Shown here: positions 48,376 to 61,800 of the stretch, one piece after another
Layout: every line of letters starts with the position of its first letter
Numbering within the stretch: the first letter of the stretch is position 1
From: Geosiphon pyriformis uo1
Taxonomy: Eukaryota; Fungi; Glomeromycota
Reading direction: 5' to 3'
Length of the DNA stretch: 64,000 bases
NCBI GenBank assembly: GCA_016748015.1
Contig: JAAOMT010000088.1
Span: 62,001 to 126,000, forward strand
Position numbers and translations under genes: made by a program
Notes under the pieces: generated by a model
Told to the model about the DNA's origin: nothing
The model's input: the letters and a program-made list of their open reading frames with translations, nothing else
The model's database searches: none

Positions 48376-50650
48376 TTTTTATTAAAGTTTAATGAGTAAG
48401 GCCCAAAAGCTATCTAGAACAATATATTGAAGAATCAATCCAAACTAAATGCTAATTATGCATTTTCTACATGTAACCAGCCACTTGAACCAGTCAAAGA
48501 CACACTATGCTGATGCCACAGAAGAAAACTTATCCAAAGATGACATCTTTTGAATAACAAAAAACAAAGTTGTACTGTAAGAAACCAAACCAACTAGCCA
48601 CTCAGCAGTTTTAAAGGGATCAGTTTTAATATCAACAGATTTATGCTCCCAAAGAAATATTAAGTTGGAAAACATCTCATTATTCATAACAAACAGAAGC
48701 TCTAAATCACCAGACATATCAATGTCCTCCATGCAACATTCTTTTTTTAAAGAAACCACTTCTCTTCCCAACTTATTAACAGTCCTACTAAAGGAACTCA
48801 TATGTACCAAAACCTTATTGATCTTAAAACCAAGAGCACTACTTAAAACCAAATTACCATTGATAAACTGTTCAAAAGTTGTAACCAAAGAGCCAATAGG
48901 CTTAACAATAGATTCAACCAAAGCAGAAAGCTTAGTTAAATCAGATTCCAAAGAAGACAGATGGAACAGCACCAAAAGATCATTAAAAACAGCTGGAAAA
49001 AAGACAAGAGGTAACAGAAATAGAAATTCAGAGAAGCTCAAGAGAGCAGAAGTCTTAATATAAGACTTAGGACCAACAAAGCAAGGTGTAAACATCTTGG
49101 GAAACTTGGGAGGAGGAGGTGGAGAAATCTTATAGTCCACAGCCAGATGGCCCAGCTCTTGACATTTGAAACAATGCTGACAATCAGAAGTTTCCTACCA
49201 AATACGATATTTCCTTAGTATACCAGTTTTAACAATAGCAGAGTCCAAATCAGCTTGGGAACCAAATATAACCAGAGCAAACTGGAAACAACTACCAAAC
49301 TCAAGAGAATAAGAGATAAAACAAGTTCGATCACCAACTTAAGAAATCATATTACTAATATTAAAAGCTGTATAGCCAGAAAAAAGGTTGATCAACTTGG
49401 TCTTAAACTTATCATGAAACAAAATAGTCTTATTTTGATTTACCAGAAGGAAAATTCTAATACTATTTTGTTTATTAAGACTGACCAATGATTTAAAGCA
49501 GACATAGCAGAGTCTAATTTCTCAAAATAAACTACCACATACTGTCAAATGCCAACAGGCTTCAGCACAACACAAATAACACTACCAAACACACTAAGAG
49601 CCATCTTAATGTTAGCAGTAGACATATCCAAGAGCACATCATGCAGTGCAACAGTAGCAAAAGAAGAATTAGACTCAAAAATCACCAAAGACTTGGCAAT
49701 TTTAAGAGTGATCAAATGTACAGAGCTTGTAAGCTCAACCAAAAACACAGCTTTCAAAAACACTTGAGAAGCAAACTCTACACAAAACAGCTTCATATTG
49801 TCTTTTAACACTGATTTTGCATCCAAAAAACCATGTACTGACTGAAAAACAGTCTTAACATGAGCCAATTTGATCTTAAAAGTAGCATCAGGCACTAAAG
49901 TGGAGGCCACCTACTCAGCAAACCTTTAACAACTAGTAATAGTTTCCCAAGCACCACCAGAAGTAACACCAGAAACTAGAAAAGGAGATAATTCAGTTTT
50001 TATTTGATCAGTCCAGTTTTCAAGAACAGATGACCCAACAGGAGAAGATTGTTTTGTTTCTAAAACTGGTAATAATCTACTGGAAGACACCACATTGGGC
50101 AACACAGCCAGTAGTTAATCTAGGCCTATTTTGGATGACGTGTTGAATGATGCTATAGAGATCTCATTTAAGATTTCATTGGGAACCACAAAGAGGTTTG
50201 GTGTAACAATAGCAGAGACAAACAACTGCTCCCACTTTTCTAAACTTTTGGTCTTTTTGACCATTTTTTTCGAAGAAAAGATGTTAGTAGCACCAGATGT
50301 AAAAGCTATGGAGGGAAAGACCAGCTTGTTAATTGGTCTATTATTAAAAACTTTTGGGTTTTTAGTTGAGATGGAGGCAACACTGGGACTAACCCAAGTG
50401 TGTCTCTTTGAGAGAATTTTGACTGGTAAGAAACCAGCCAAAGATAAAGAAGTTGCTTCAGTGATTACTAAAGACAGCTTATCACAATTACTAAGTAAAA
50501 GAAAAACTTCTAAAACGTTCTGCTTAGTTGCTTCTACAACAAAGAGAGCTCCTCTGGTTGAAATTTTATTAGATATCTTAGGACAGATATTGGATGCAGC
50601 TTTTTTACTCTTTGCTCTGGTCATGGTCATAAAATTAAAAAGATAAAGAG
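48376..50650 (-). mobile_element. ORF1-only half-LINE copy B
   Basis: ORF 50630-48505 (MTMTRAKSKKAAS...) with CFKCQELGHLAVDY. LINE-type 3' tail and A-rich end next to an (AT)n run. Confidence 0.88.
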
Positions 50651-51289
50651 TTTTTTATATATTTTTTACATATAATTAAACTTGTTTAAAAAAAATATCC
50701 TATATATATAAACAACTTATATTTAATTATTTTTATTATTTTTAATCTTATATTTTATTTTAAACTTATTAATTTCTTTATACAACTTATTTATATATTT
50801 TTTAAAAATAACCATTTCTTTTTAAATTTAATATACAAAAAAAGCTTTAATTAATTTTATTATTAAAAAAAATAAGTTTAATAATAATAAATTTAACTTA
50901 ATTAAATTAGGTTCCAAAAAAGTTAATTTAAAATCAATCACAACAATAATAACAATAGTAAAACAACCAAAAAAACAATAATAAAAGAAAACAAAAAAAC
51001 AAAAATTTTAATATAAGATCTAATATTAACAAAATAAAACTTAAAAATTTTAGAATTAATTATAAATTTAAATAAAAACTTTAAATAAAAAATAAAAACA
51101 CTTTGTAATTTAAAATTAAATATTTAAATTTTAATATTTAAAAGAATATTAATAACTAAAAATTTTATATTAAATATAATACTTTTTTAAGTATTAATTT
51201 TAATAATTGCAATATTTAAATTCTTTTAAAAATTAAGAATAATAATTACATATTTTAATTATTAAGCAAAAATAAAAAAAATAAAAAAT

Positions 51290-52450
51290 AAAACAAATAT
51301 AATTACAAATCAAAAAAACAAATTTACTAATTTTAAAAACAATATAATTAAAAAAATTTGATTAATTTGGTTTTAAATATATTATAAAAGATAATAATTT
51401 TTTTTTAATTTTTATATATTATTTAATAAACAAAATTTAAATACAGCTTAATATTATATATTAAACTAAATAATTTAAACTAAATATAAATTATGTGCTA
51501 TTTACATATAACCAATTATTTAAGTTAGTTAAAACAATGCTATATTGAATTAAAAAAAGTCAAAAGTAAATTTAGTTTATTAATTCTTTTAATAATATTA
51601 TTTAAATTTTGATTGTTAAAAATAAATTCACTAAAAAACAATTTAATATTCTTAATACTATTTTTGATATTAAAACTTAATATATATTATAAAACAATTA
51701 TATATTTAATAATATTTTTATTCAAAAAAAATATCTTAGCAATTAGCATATTATTATAGTCTATATTGCTAAATTTTACTTTAAACTTAAAACATATAAA
51801 GTTTTTAGAAATACCAACCAAAAAATTAGCAAAGTTATTAGCAATACTTTTAATAAAAAGCAAATATTTTTTTATTTAGAGTTTTTTATATGTATTATTA
51901 TTTAGAAGAATAATAATCAAAAAAACCAAAAAACTAATAGATTCTATAACAAATTTTATTAAAACAGTCAAACTTAAGATTTAAAATTCCAAAAAATCCA
52001 ATTTAGACTTAATAATAAGATTAATAGCAAAAGCAATAAAAAAACCAAAAGAACAAAAATTATAATATAAGTTTTATTATTAATAAAAAATAACACAAAA
52101 GACCTAAAATTAACAATAAATTTAACAAATAACTTAAAAAAAAAGATAATAATTTTTTATAATTAGCAAATAAATAATTTAAACTTTAATACTTATAGCA
52201 ATAATAGCATCTAAAAGTTTTTTATCAGATACAATATTTGTGTAAAGTACTAATTTTTACAACAATTAAATTTAAAAATTTATAAGATTTAAAAATTATA
52301 ATAATAAAGTATTAATAATAATAAAAATCAGAAAAATAAGAAATAAAACAAATATAATTACCAACTTAAAAAATCAAATTACTAATTTTAAAAACAGTAT
52401 AGCTAAAGAAAAAATTGATTAATTTAGTCTTAAAAGTATTACAAAAAATA
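51290..52450 (-). mobile_element. Two heavily eroded half-LINE fragments (51290-51400 and 52345-52450) in an AT desert
   Basis: Both align to the reverse complement of 55211-55310; the 52345 copy aligns without gaps. Confidence 0.65.
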
Positions 52451-53304
52451 ATAATTTCTTTTTAATTAAAAAAAATTTGAATACTGTTCTTTTTAATCAG
52501 TTTAAATTAATATTACAAGTAAATTTAATAAAATATTGTGATAATATTTGGTGCTTTGAATTTAAGTAAAAAAGCTGTGAAGTTTTTTTTAATTATACAA
52601 AAAGTATATTAGAATTTATTAATTTCTGAAGATTTCTGCTATATGTAAATTTGCTTATAAAGTTCTTTAATTATAAAGCACAAAGATATGTTTTTTGATA
52701 GTTTGTAATTGTAGATATAAGCTATCTTCTTCAAACTAATTAAGCACAATTGTTAGAATCTGGCATTGTTTTTTCACTTTTCTAATAAGCTAATAAGATA
52801 AAATTAATATTCAAATCTAGAAAAAGCTTTTTTTTTATCAGACTATTATGAAGTTTATTTCTAAACAGTTAATTTTTAATATTATTATTCCACAAAAAAA
52901 AAAGAATCAAGAAATAAAAAACAAGAAATAAAAAAAATAAAAGAGAAATTAGTATTATTAATCATCATAATTAAGAACAATTAATCCAAGTTATTAAAGT
53001 TTTAAAACTGTTTATATTAATAGCATCTGGTTTAGAACAAAGATAAAAAAACAATTAATTTAATTTTAATAACACAAAATCTAAAATTATATATAAATAG
53101 ATTAAATAATATTTTTATTTAATAATAAATAGAAAAATATAGAAAAAATAAGATAAAAGTTAAAGCTAAAATATGTTTAAGAAAATAGGTTTTTGTTTTT
53201 TGTTTGTTTTTTTCTATTTGCTAAAATTATTTGTTTTTATACATATTTTTTAATTTTACAAGATTGTTTTTAATTATTTACTATTTCTGTTATTACTTTA
53301 TTTT

Positions 53305-53440
53305 TTTATATTATAACTAATTATTCTATATTATAACTAATTATTTTATATTATTGTGTATTATTTTGTATTATTCTGAATTGTTATATATTATTTTGTA
53401 TTATTTCATATTATTATATTTTTTTATATTATTATGTATT
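53305..53440. repeat. Degenerate ~10-bp tandem repeat (TATTATTTTG-like)
   Basis: tattataact/aattattcta repeated twice, then tattattgtg tattattttg tattattctg and similar units. Confidence 0.5.
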
Positions 53441-53962
53441 ACATTTTTTTTAATAGTTTTAAATTGGTTTTTTTATTTAAATAACATTATTTTTTCTTTT
53501 TAGAATTAAGTTCTTGTAAAATTATATGTATTTGTAAAAATTGTTTTTTTAATATAATAATTTATTATTGTGTTGAGTATTGCTTTTTGTAGATTTTTAA
53601 ACTATAAATTTATTATTTATTTTATGTTGTTAACTATAATAGCCTTTAGTAAATTGTCTAATAATATGACTAAACAGTATTTAAATATTAAATACAGTTA
53701 ATATATTGTCTTATAATATAATATTAAGTTGTTTCTTTTAATAAATTTTTTCACTTGTTTAAGAGCTTTTTTGTTAAATATTTGTTTGTTAATATTTAAG
53801 TATAGTGTTTGTAAGTTTAAACTTTTGCCAATTTTAAAGAACTAATAGATTAGTAAAAGTTTTTTTCAAGCTTTAAAGATTTTTGGTATTTATTTACTTA
53901 TGTTTAATTCTATAGTTAATTTATTTAAAATTTTTTTATTTTTTTAAATATATAAGACCACA

Positions 53963-56255
53963 AAAAAAAAGTTTCACTCTTTGTCTCTTTAATTTTATGA
54001 CCATGACTAGAGCAAAGAATAAAAAGACTGCACCTGATATCTGTCCTAAAATATCTAATAAAATTTCAACCAAAGGAGCTCTTTTTGTTGTAGAAGCAAC
54101 TAGGCAAAACGTTTTAAAAGCCTTCCCCTTATCCAGTAATCATGAAAAGCTGTCTTTGGTAGCCACTGAATCAACTTCCTCATCTTTGGCTGGTTTTTTA
54201 CCAGTCAAAGTTCCTTCAAAGAGACACACTTGGGTTAGTCCCAGTATTGCCTCCACCTTGACTAAGAGCCCAAAAGTTTTTAATAATAGACCAGTAAATA
54301 AGCTGGTCTTCCCCACTATAGACTCAACATCTGGTGCTTCTGGCACCACTTCTTCAAAAAAAATGGTCAAAAAGACCAAAAGTTCAGAAAAGTGGGGGCA
54401 GTCGCTTGCCTCTGCTATTGTTACACCAAACCCCTTTGTGGTTCCCAATGAGATCTTAGATGAGATTTCAGTAGTATTATTCAGCACGTCATCCAAGATA
54501 GGCCAAAATCAACCACTGACTGTGTTGCCAAATGTGGTGTTTTCCAGCAGATCATCGCCAGTTTTAGAAGCAAAAACAATTTCTTCCTGTTGGGTCACCT
54601 GTTCTTGGGAACTGGGCTGATCAAATGGAAACTGATTCATCTCCTTCTCTAGTTTCTGGCACTACTTTTGGTGGTGCTTGGGAAACTATTACTAGTCATC
54701 AAAGATTTGCTAAGAGTGGCCTTCACTCTGGTGCCTGGTGCTACTTTTAAGATCAAATTGGCTTAAGTTAAGACTGTTTTTCAGTCTGTGCATGGTTTCT
54801 TGGGTGCTAAATCTGTTTCAAAAGACAATGTAAAGCTTTTTTGTGTGGAGTTTGCTTCTTAACAGTCTTTGGAAGCTGCATTTTTGGTTGAGCTTACAAG
54901 CTCTGTTCATTTGGCCACTCTCAAAATTGCCAAGTCTTTGGTGGTTTCTGAATCTGGTTCCTCTTTTGCTGCTGTTGCACTGCATGATGTACCTTTAGGT
55001 GTGTCTGCTGCTAATATTAAGTTGGCTCTCAGTGTGTTTAGTAGTGTCACTCGTGTTGTGCTGAAGTCTGCTGGCATTTGGCAGTATGTGGTGATTTATT
55101 TTGGAAAGTTGGACTCTGCTGTGTTTGCCTTGAAGCATTGGTCAGTTTTGGTGGGCAAGGATAGTGTTAGAATTCTCCTTCTGGTAAATTAAAATGAGAC
55201 TATTTTGTCTCGTGATAAGTTTAAGGCCAAATTGGTCAACCTTCCCCCTGGCTGTACTGCCTTTGAAATCAGTGATATGATTTCTCAGATTGGTGGTCAA
55301 ACATGTTTCATTCCTTGTTCTCCTGATTCTGGTTGTCATTCCCAGTTTGTTTTGGTTATATTTGACTCTCAAGGTGATTTGGATTCTGCTGTGGTCAAGA
55401 CTGGTACTCTAAAGAAATGCTATATCTGGTGAGAAACTTTTGGCTGCTGGCACTGCTTTAGGTGTCAAGAAATGGGCCATCTGGCTGCGAATTGCAAGAT
55501 TTCTCCACCTTCTACTCTCAAGGTTTCTAAGGTTTTCAAGTCTTGTTTTGTGGGTTCTGCTTCATATGCCAAGACTGCTGCTCCTTCTGGTCTTTCTGAG
55601 TTTTCTCCTTTAGTGGCTTCTTCAGCTGCTTCTGCTGCTGATCCTGCTGTTAGTTCCAGGTTGGATTCTTTGGAAAAACAAATTTCAGATTTGGCTGCTT
55701 TGGTTAAGTTTATTGTTAAGCCTGTTGGTTCTTTGGTTGCTTTGGTGTCTTGTCTTTTTGATGATAATGCTGTTAAGACTGTTCAGGTCGAGAAAGATAT
55801 CATTTCCATGAAGAATGCTGCTAACAATTTTTCTAATCTCATGGTTGGAGTTTCCAAGGACATTGCTTGTCTTAGATCTGAGGTTGACTTTGGTGATATG
55901 GATTATGATGGTGTTCTGGCTGCTAAGTCTTCTTTTTTAAGTGAGGACACTATTGAGTGTGTTATTGCTTTGTAGCGAATGTCTGGTGCTGAAACCAGAG
56001 GCAATATTGAGTCTACTAGATTGTTTCTTAGTGAGTTTATTTTTGATTCTAGGAATCTGAATGGTATCATTGAAAGAATTCATGGGTTGGAGTTATTCTC
56101 ACCTACTTTTGATTCAGCATAGTGAGTCCTTGATTGGGCCAAGTGTCTGATCACATGTAAAAAATACATGATTTACGCCTATAATGTAATTTCTTCTGTG
56201 GTATTATAGTTTAGGTAGTATTTGGGTCTCGCTCGTTAAAATATAATAATAAAAA
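53963..56255 (+). mobile_element. ORF1-only half-LINE copy C (best preserved), with TSD
   Basis: ORF 53997-56122, CCHC CFRCQEMGHLAANC, ~130-nt LINE-like tail and A-rich end. AAGACCACA is duplicated at 53954-53962 and 56256-56264. Confidence 0.9.
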
Positions 56256-57869
56256 AAGACCACATATCTTTTTTTTCTTTTAATTATTTATAAAAATAAA
56301 AATGCTCAGTTTTAGTTAAACTTTTGTTCTTTTTTTTATTTGTATTTCTGTATTGTATTTTTTTTTATTAATTGTAATTTCTATTGGTATTGTAAATTGT
56401 TAAATTATTTCAAATAGTTGTTGTAAAAGTTTTAAAATCTTGTTTAAAAGATCTATATTGAAAGTATTATTAACTTTTTTCTTTGTTTTTTTGGTATTTA
56501 TATATTTATTTTATATAATTCAGATTGTTGTATATAGATTGTATTTAATGATAATGATTAGTTCTAAATTTTATAATATATTTTCTAATCTAATTAATAA
56601 AATTTGTGTTCCTAGTTAAGATATAAATAATGACAATTTTTGTATTGTGTAATAAATTTTTAGATAATTTCTATATGTAGTATTACAGATAATTATTTGA
56701 AGTGTTAAAACAAATAATAAACTCATAACTTAGTACTTAATAATTAATAATAATGGTAATTTCTGAAGGTTTTATGATTTAAAAGTTTTGGTTAAGTTCT
56801 TTATATAATAAATAGAGATTCAATTAAAAATTTTTTTTGTGAATTTTTTTTTCAATATAGTGGTTAGTTTACTTTGTTAGTTATGTTTTTCTAATAAGCT
56901 ATTTTTAAAGTTTCTTTTTTTGTTTTACAGATCTTTTATTAAGCTATCTTTAATATTAATTACTTAATGTTTAATCTTTTAATTAATTAATAAATACCAA
57001 AGAAAACAAAATAAAAAAAAATAAGAAAAGAAATAAAAAATTAGTATTTTATTAATAATTATGATTAAAAATTATTAGTTCAGTGTTGTTAAGTATCAAA
57101 TATTATTAACATAGATTGTTAATAATATAGAAGTGATTAATATTTTTTAATTAAATAATAACAATATAAATTGAATAGTAATGGGTATTTTTATTAATAT
57201 GAATATAATTCTACTTCAAATTATAAAAAACTATTTTTTAAAAAAAAATATTGAATAATTACTTATTTCTAACTACTGTTTTGTTTTTTCTGCTTCTAAT
57301 ACTTTTATTATATATATATAATTTGTATTATATAAAATCTCATATATTTCTACTTTTTTTATACTACTTTCTAGAAATGTGCCTTAATTTTTTAAAAATA
57401 TGCTCACTCATTAAGTATTATTCTTTTATTAATCTATTTTATGATCTGTTTTTCTTATTTTTTTCTTGTACTTTTTTTCTATAAGTAATAGTGACTTTCT
57501 TTAAAATTCTGTTTTTTAATTGTAATTTGTAAGTTTTGTTGCTTAAAACTTTATGTATATAAAATAGTTTGTTCTACTTTGGGTTAAGCTTTTTATTCTA
57601 CTGTTTTTTAGCTTTAATATAATATAATAACACTTGGTTTTCAATCTTAAATTCAACAAATTAGTTTGATAAGCAATTTTTATGTCTTTTTTTTTGTTAT
57701 TTTTAAGTATTACCAATATTATTAACTATTGTTTTATAATTTTTTTTCAATGTTTTTATGAACTAATATGTTTTTTGGTACAAAATAACTTTAATATTTT
57801 TTTGATAATTGTTTTTGTTAAGAAAAAAGGTATTTTTTATTCAATAAGTAATGTAGTTTTCTTTTCATA

Positions 57870-58515
57870 AACTAGTTCAAACAATGTAAACTAGATAGTA
57901 TTTTGCTTTAATGTTTAATATACAAATAATACTAAGAGTATAAATAAGTCTTATTTTTGTATATTTTTATAATTTATTTTTGTTAAATGCTTTGCACAAT
58001 GTTTGGTTGAATCATTTTATAATTTGTTTGTTTAAGAGTAATATAATAATAATAATAATTATCATTTTATTCTAAATTATTGATTTATTTTAGCAAATGT
58101 GCTATTAACAAAATAAGTTTCTTGGTTAGATAATAAATTTTTTAGGCATTTATATTAGCAGATCAGATTTTAATATACAAATTCGGCTACTGTTTTGGCA
58201 TCTGCTAGTTGAATAATTCTAACTTTAGGCCATTTAATAAGATAGTTTACAGTTACAATAATATAGCAATTTTTTTTGAAAATAATTAAAAAAAATCCAA
58301 CCAAATTAATTTTGATTTTATTAAATAGATTTTCAACTGAAATAAGTTGAAATGATTTTGTTATTCTGGTTTTTTTTTTGGTAAGAGTTATAATTAAAAA
58401 CATATTTAAAACCATTTTTATATATTGTTGGCCAATAGTATATATTAATTGTTTTTTTAAAGATGATATTTTTGTTAAAATGTCCTGCTGTTAGATTAGA
58501 GTATATTTTAAACAA
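57870..58515 (-). pseudogene. Eroded Gypsy integrase relic
   Basis: TAGHFNKNIIFKKTINIYYWPTIY (HHCC-like region) and YIIVTVNYLIKWPKVRII..ADAKTVAEFVY (integrase core). Confidence 0.75.
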
Positions 58516-58868
58516 AACAATTTTTATTTTTTATTTTTTATAACTTATTATAATATAATATAGTTTTAGTATTCTTAACAATATAATTAATTATCTTAAA
58601 AGAGGTAATTTTAAGCTTGTTTTTATATAATACTTGTTTTTAGTTGAAACAGTTTCTTCTTAAATTGAAGTATTGACAAATATTAGTATAGTTATTAATA
58701 AGTAATTATATCTATTAATCTAAAATTAAATTTAAGTTATTTTTAAAAAGCTGTTGGTATTGGTGTTTTTAGCTCTTTTTTTATAATATATTTTGTATAA
58801 AAATTGTTGTAAATAAGTACTTTATTTTGTATACTTTTCTTTAAATTATGGTTTGTTAAGTACCCAAA

Positions 58869-61800
58869 TTTTTTTTTTTATATTTAACAAGTAAGGTCCA
58901 AACGTGACCTAGTGCAATACATCAAACAAATAATCTAAACTAGGTGCGAATCATGCACTCTCTACACGTGACCAGCCACTCAAGCCAGTTAGGACTACAC
59001 TATACACCTATATGCACAGAAACTAAACCCCCAATATCTGAAAAAAATGGACAAAACTTATGAAACCTGAAACCAACTCCAAACGCCTCAGCTACCCCCA
59101 GCAATCTGACTACACCAGCCAAAAACACCATAGACAAACCAGAAACTGAAGCAGGAGTGGAGCCATCATTTGGAATCAAACTGTGCCTTTCCATAAACGC
59201 TCAGTGTCTGGCCTGGACCAACCAAATATCATCCCAAAATGTAAGACAAAACTCACACACAAAGCTCATAATCCTTTTAGCACCCTCTTTAGAATCCTTA
59301 AAAACCAAGACAGACTCATGAAACCATTCATCGAAAACAAAGCCCTTACACAGAGCAACACCAACTCCAACTTCAAAAACACAAGAATCCAAGGCCTGTA
59401 AGACACATGAAAAAGAGTGAGAAAGACCAGAAAGAGCCTCCCAAGCTGAAGCATGAGCACCCAACAAATGAGCATGGGCAACAGCATCTTAAGGACACAA
59501 AAAGACATGATCTGAGGTCTCAATGTCACCACAAAACAGACAGACCACACTGGAGTATCTCCTATCATATAAATGCTTGCGTACAGCAACAGGAAGCCAA
59601 TAATAGAGAGCCTTTATAAAGTAAGTACAACAGCCTGCTATGCGCATACTGGTAAAACCGGATGCCATGTGAGAATTGGGGTGCCACACCATAAAAGACT
59701 TAGACCAATTGATTTTAGCACGCAAACTATCATCCACAACATGAGAACCTACTCCAATTTCCCAACGAGCATGATGAACTGACTGAAAAACATCACAAAC
59801 AAAGTGCCTAGAATTACCAGAAACTGCCATACCACCAGTACATAGAAAATGTTCACTGACTAAATGAGGTAGGCGCCAAGTAGAGAGAGCAGCACTTTTG
59901 GCAAGTGCATCAGCATGCTCATTGCCTGAGACACCTGAGTGACTTTTTACCTTAACCCAGTTTACATCCAAATTTTTTCGACGAATGACGGTAGCAATGT
60001 GATGATGCTCGATTCAACAGTGGTTCCTGAAATCCAGACGAACCATTGAAGACTCCGACCTACATGCATTCAAAGCAGCTTGGCTATCCGAGAACAAGTC
60101 AATTAAACAATAAAAAGAAACACACTCAAGGGCCAAAGTGATAGCTTGCAGCTCTGTCAGAGTAGAAGAAACCAAACCAGACACTCCAATGCCCAAACCC
60201 AAGTTAATGTCCTCAAAAAAAACAGCAGTACCTGCTCTCATGTCAACAGTGCCCAGACCAAAAAGAGATCCATCCGTATACACAGAAAGGCGGGCAGCAT
60301 TAATGGTCAGCAAAGTGTCACGAACCATACCAAAATCATGAAAAAAATGAATATCAGAAACAGCATGACCATCCACCAAAGAAGAACTTGAGGAAAGAGG
60401 TACAACACTACCAAGAAAGCAAACAGAAAGACCAAACTAGAAAGGGACTGGGCCATGAGAGTCCAGCCTCTTCCAATGCTTGAAGGTCTCCCAACTAAAA
60501 ACATTACCATTACAGTCATGAAGCTGTTCCACAAAAGCGATTCGATAATGTCTGAGTGAAGAGACACACTTAAAAAAACAGGATTCACCAAGAACCAAAG
60601 ACATAGGAGTACTGCACCGATGACGAAAAGCACAAGCCAGAAGGCCTCCCAGAGACAAATCACACCCAGAAAAAATGCAAACCACACCCACCAAAAAATT
60701 GTTCGAGGGACTGATACCAACACGGGCTGGAAACAGCAAAGGATGATGAGGACGCCAGCTGAGAATCTGGAGGTCATGAGACCTATGAGAAAACAAGCGA
60801 CCCAAGACACCAGTAGAATTTGCAAAAGCAATAACAAAGGTCAATTTACTCTCAGCTTGGATCTGTTCAAAAGTTCTTAAATTGTACAAAGAGGGGTGAT
60901 GAAGTGCATCACTGGGGAAATCACGTGGCAATCCAGATTTGAACTTTAAGACCTTGTGTATCAAAGTATCCTATTTATTACAGACACCAATAGAAACGAA
61001 ACTGAACTAAGTTCTGTAGCTGATGATAGGAAAAAGAACTGCAGACACCAAATATGCACACTGTTTGTCTGAAATTGTCTTTCTCAAAACAAGATTCACA
61101 AAAAACTATACATCAGCCTCAGCTTTAGCCAGACTAGACTTCGAAAGACCCTCAGAAGACAAAAAAATACCCAAATAACAATGAGATTCCCCTCTCTTGG
61201 CAATGGAAATAGGTGCACCACTGATAGTCAAATGAGGATCCAGCACTTGGCAATTAATAGAGATGGCCACCATTTTGTCGTTGTTCACAGAAATATCATT
61301 AAACCTAAAAAACTCACTAGCAACATCAAGAATGCATTGTGTAGCAGCCTGGCTGCTACCAACCCAAATAGTATCATCGACAAAAGCACCGACAGCAAGA
61401 AACAAAGACAGCCCAGCTTGAGGATCTACCTGGCCAGTTCCTGATATGAAATGAGAATTCAACCTGTAGCCATACAAACTATCCTGTCTCTTGACCTCAC
61501 ACAAAAGTGAATCATAAAAAATACGCCAGAGAAGAGGCGAGAAAACTTCTCCCTGATCCAGCCCATTGTGGACACAATACCCATTAGTCAAGCCAAAGTC
61601 AGTCATTACTCTGTTAACATGACCATTGTGAATGCCACCAAAGAATCTAATAAATCTGTCACACATTTTGATCCTGACCAAACTTCTCCTAAGATGTTCC
61701 CAACCAACCAAGTTATAAGCCTTGTGCATGTCCTGTAAAACCAGCCAAAGTTCACGGTTCTTCTCCAAGGCATCCTCAACCACAGAACCGATAGCAAAAA

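Noticed and set aside
57251-57870. Hydrophobic ORFs resembling membrane or env proteins
   Set aside because: F/L/I/Y richness follows from the T-rich eroded sequence antisense to a Gypsy relic.
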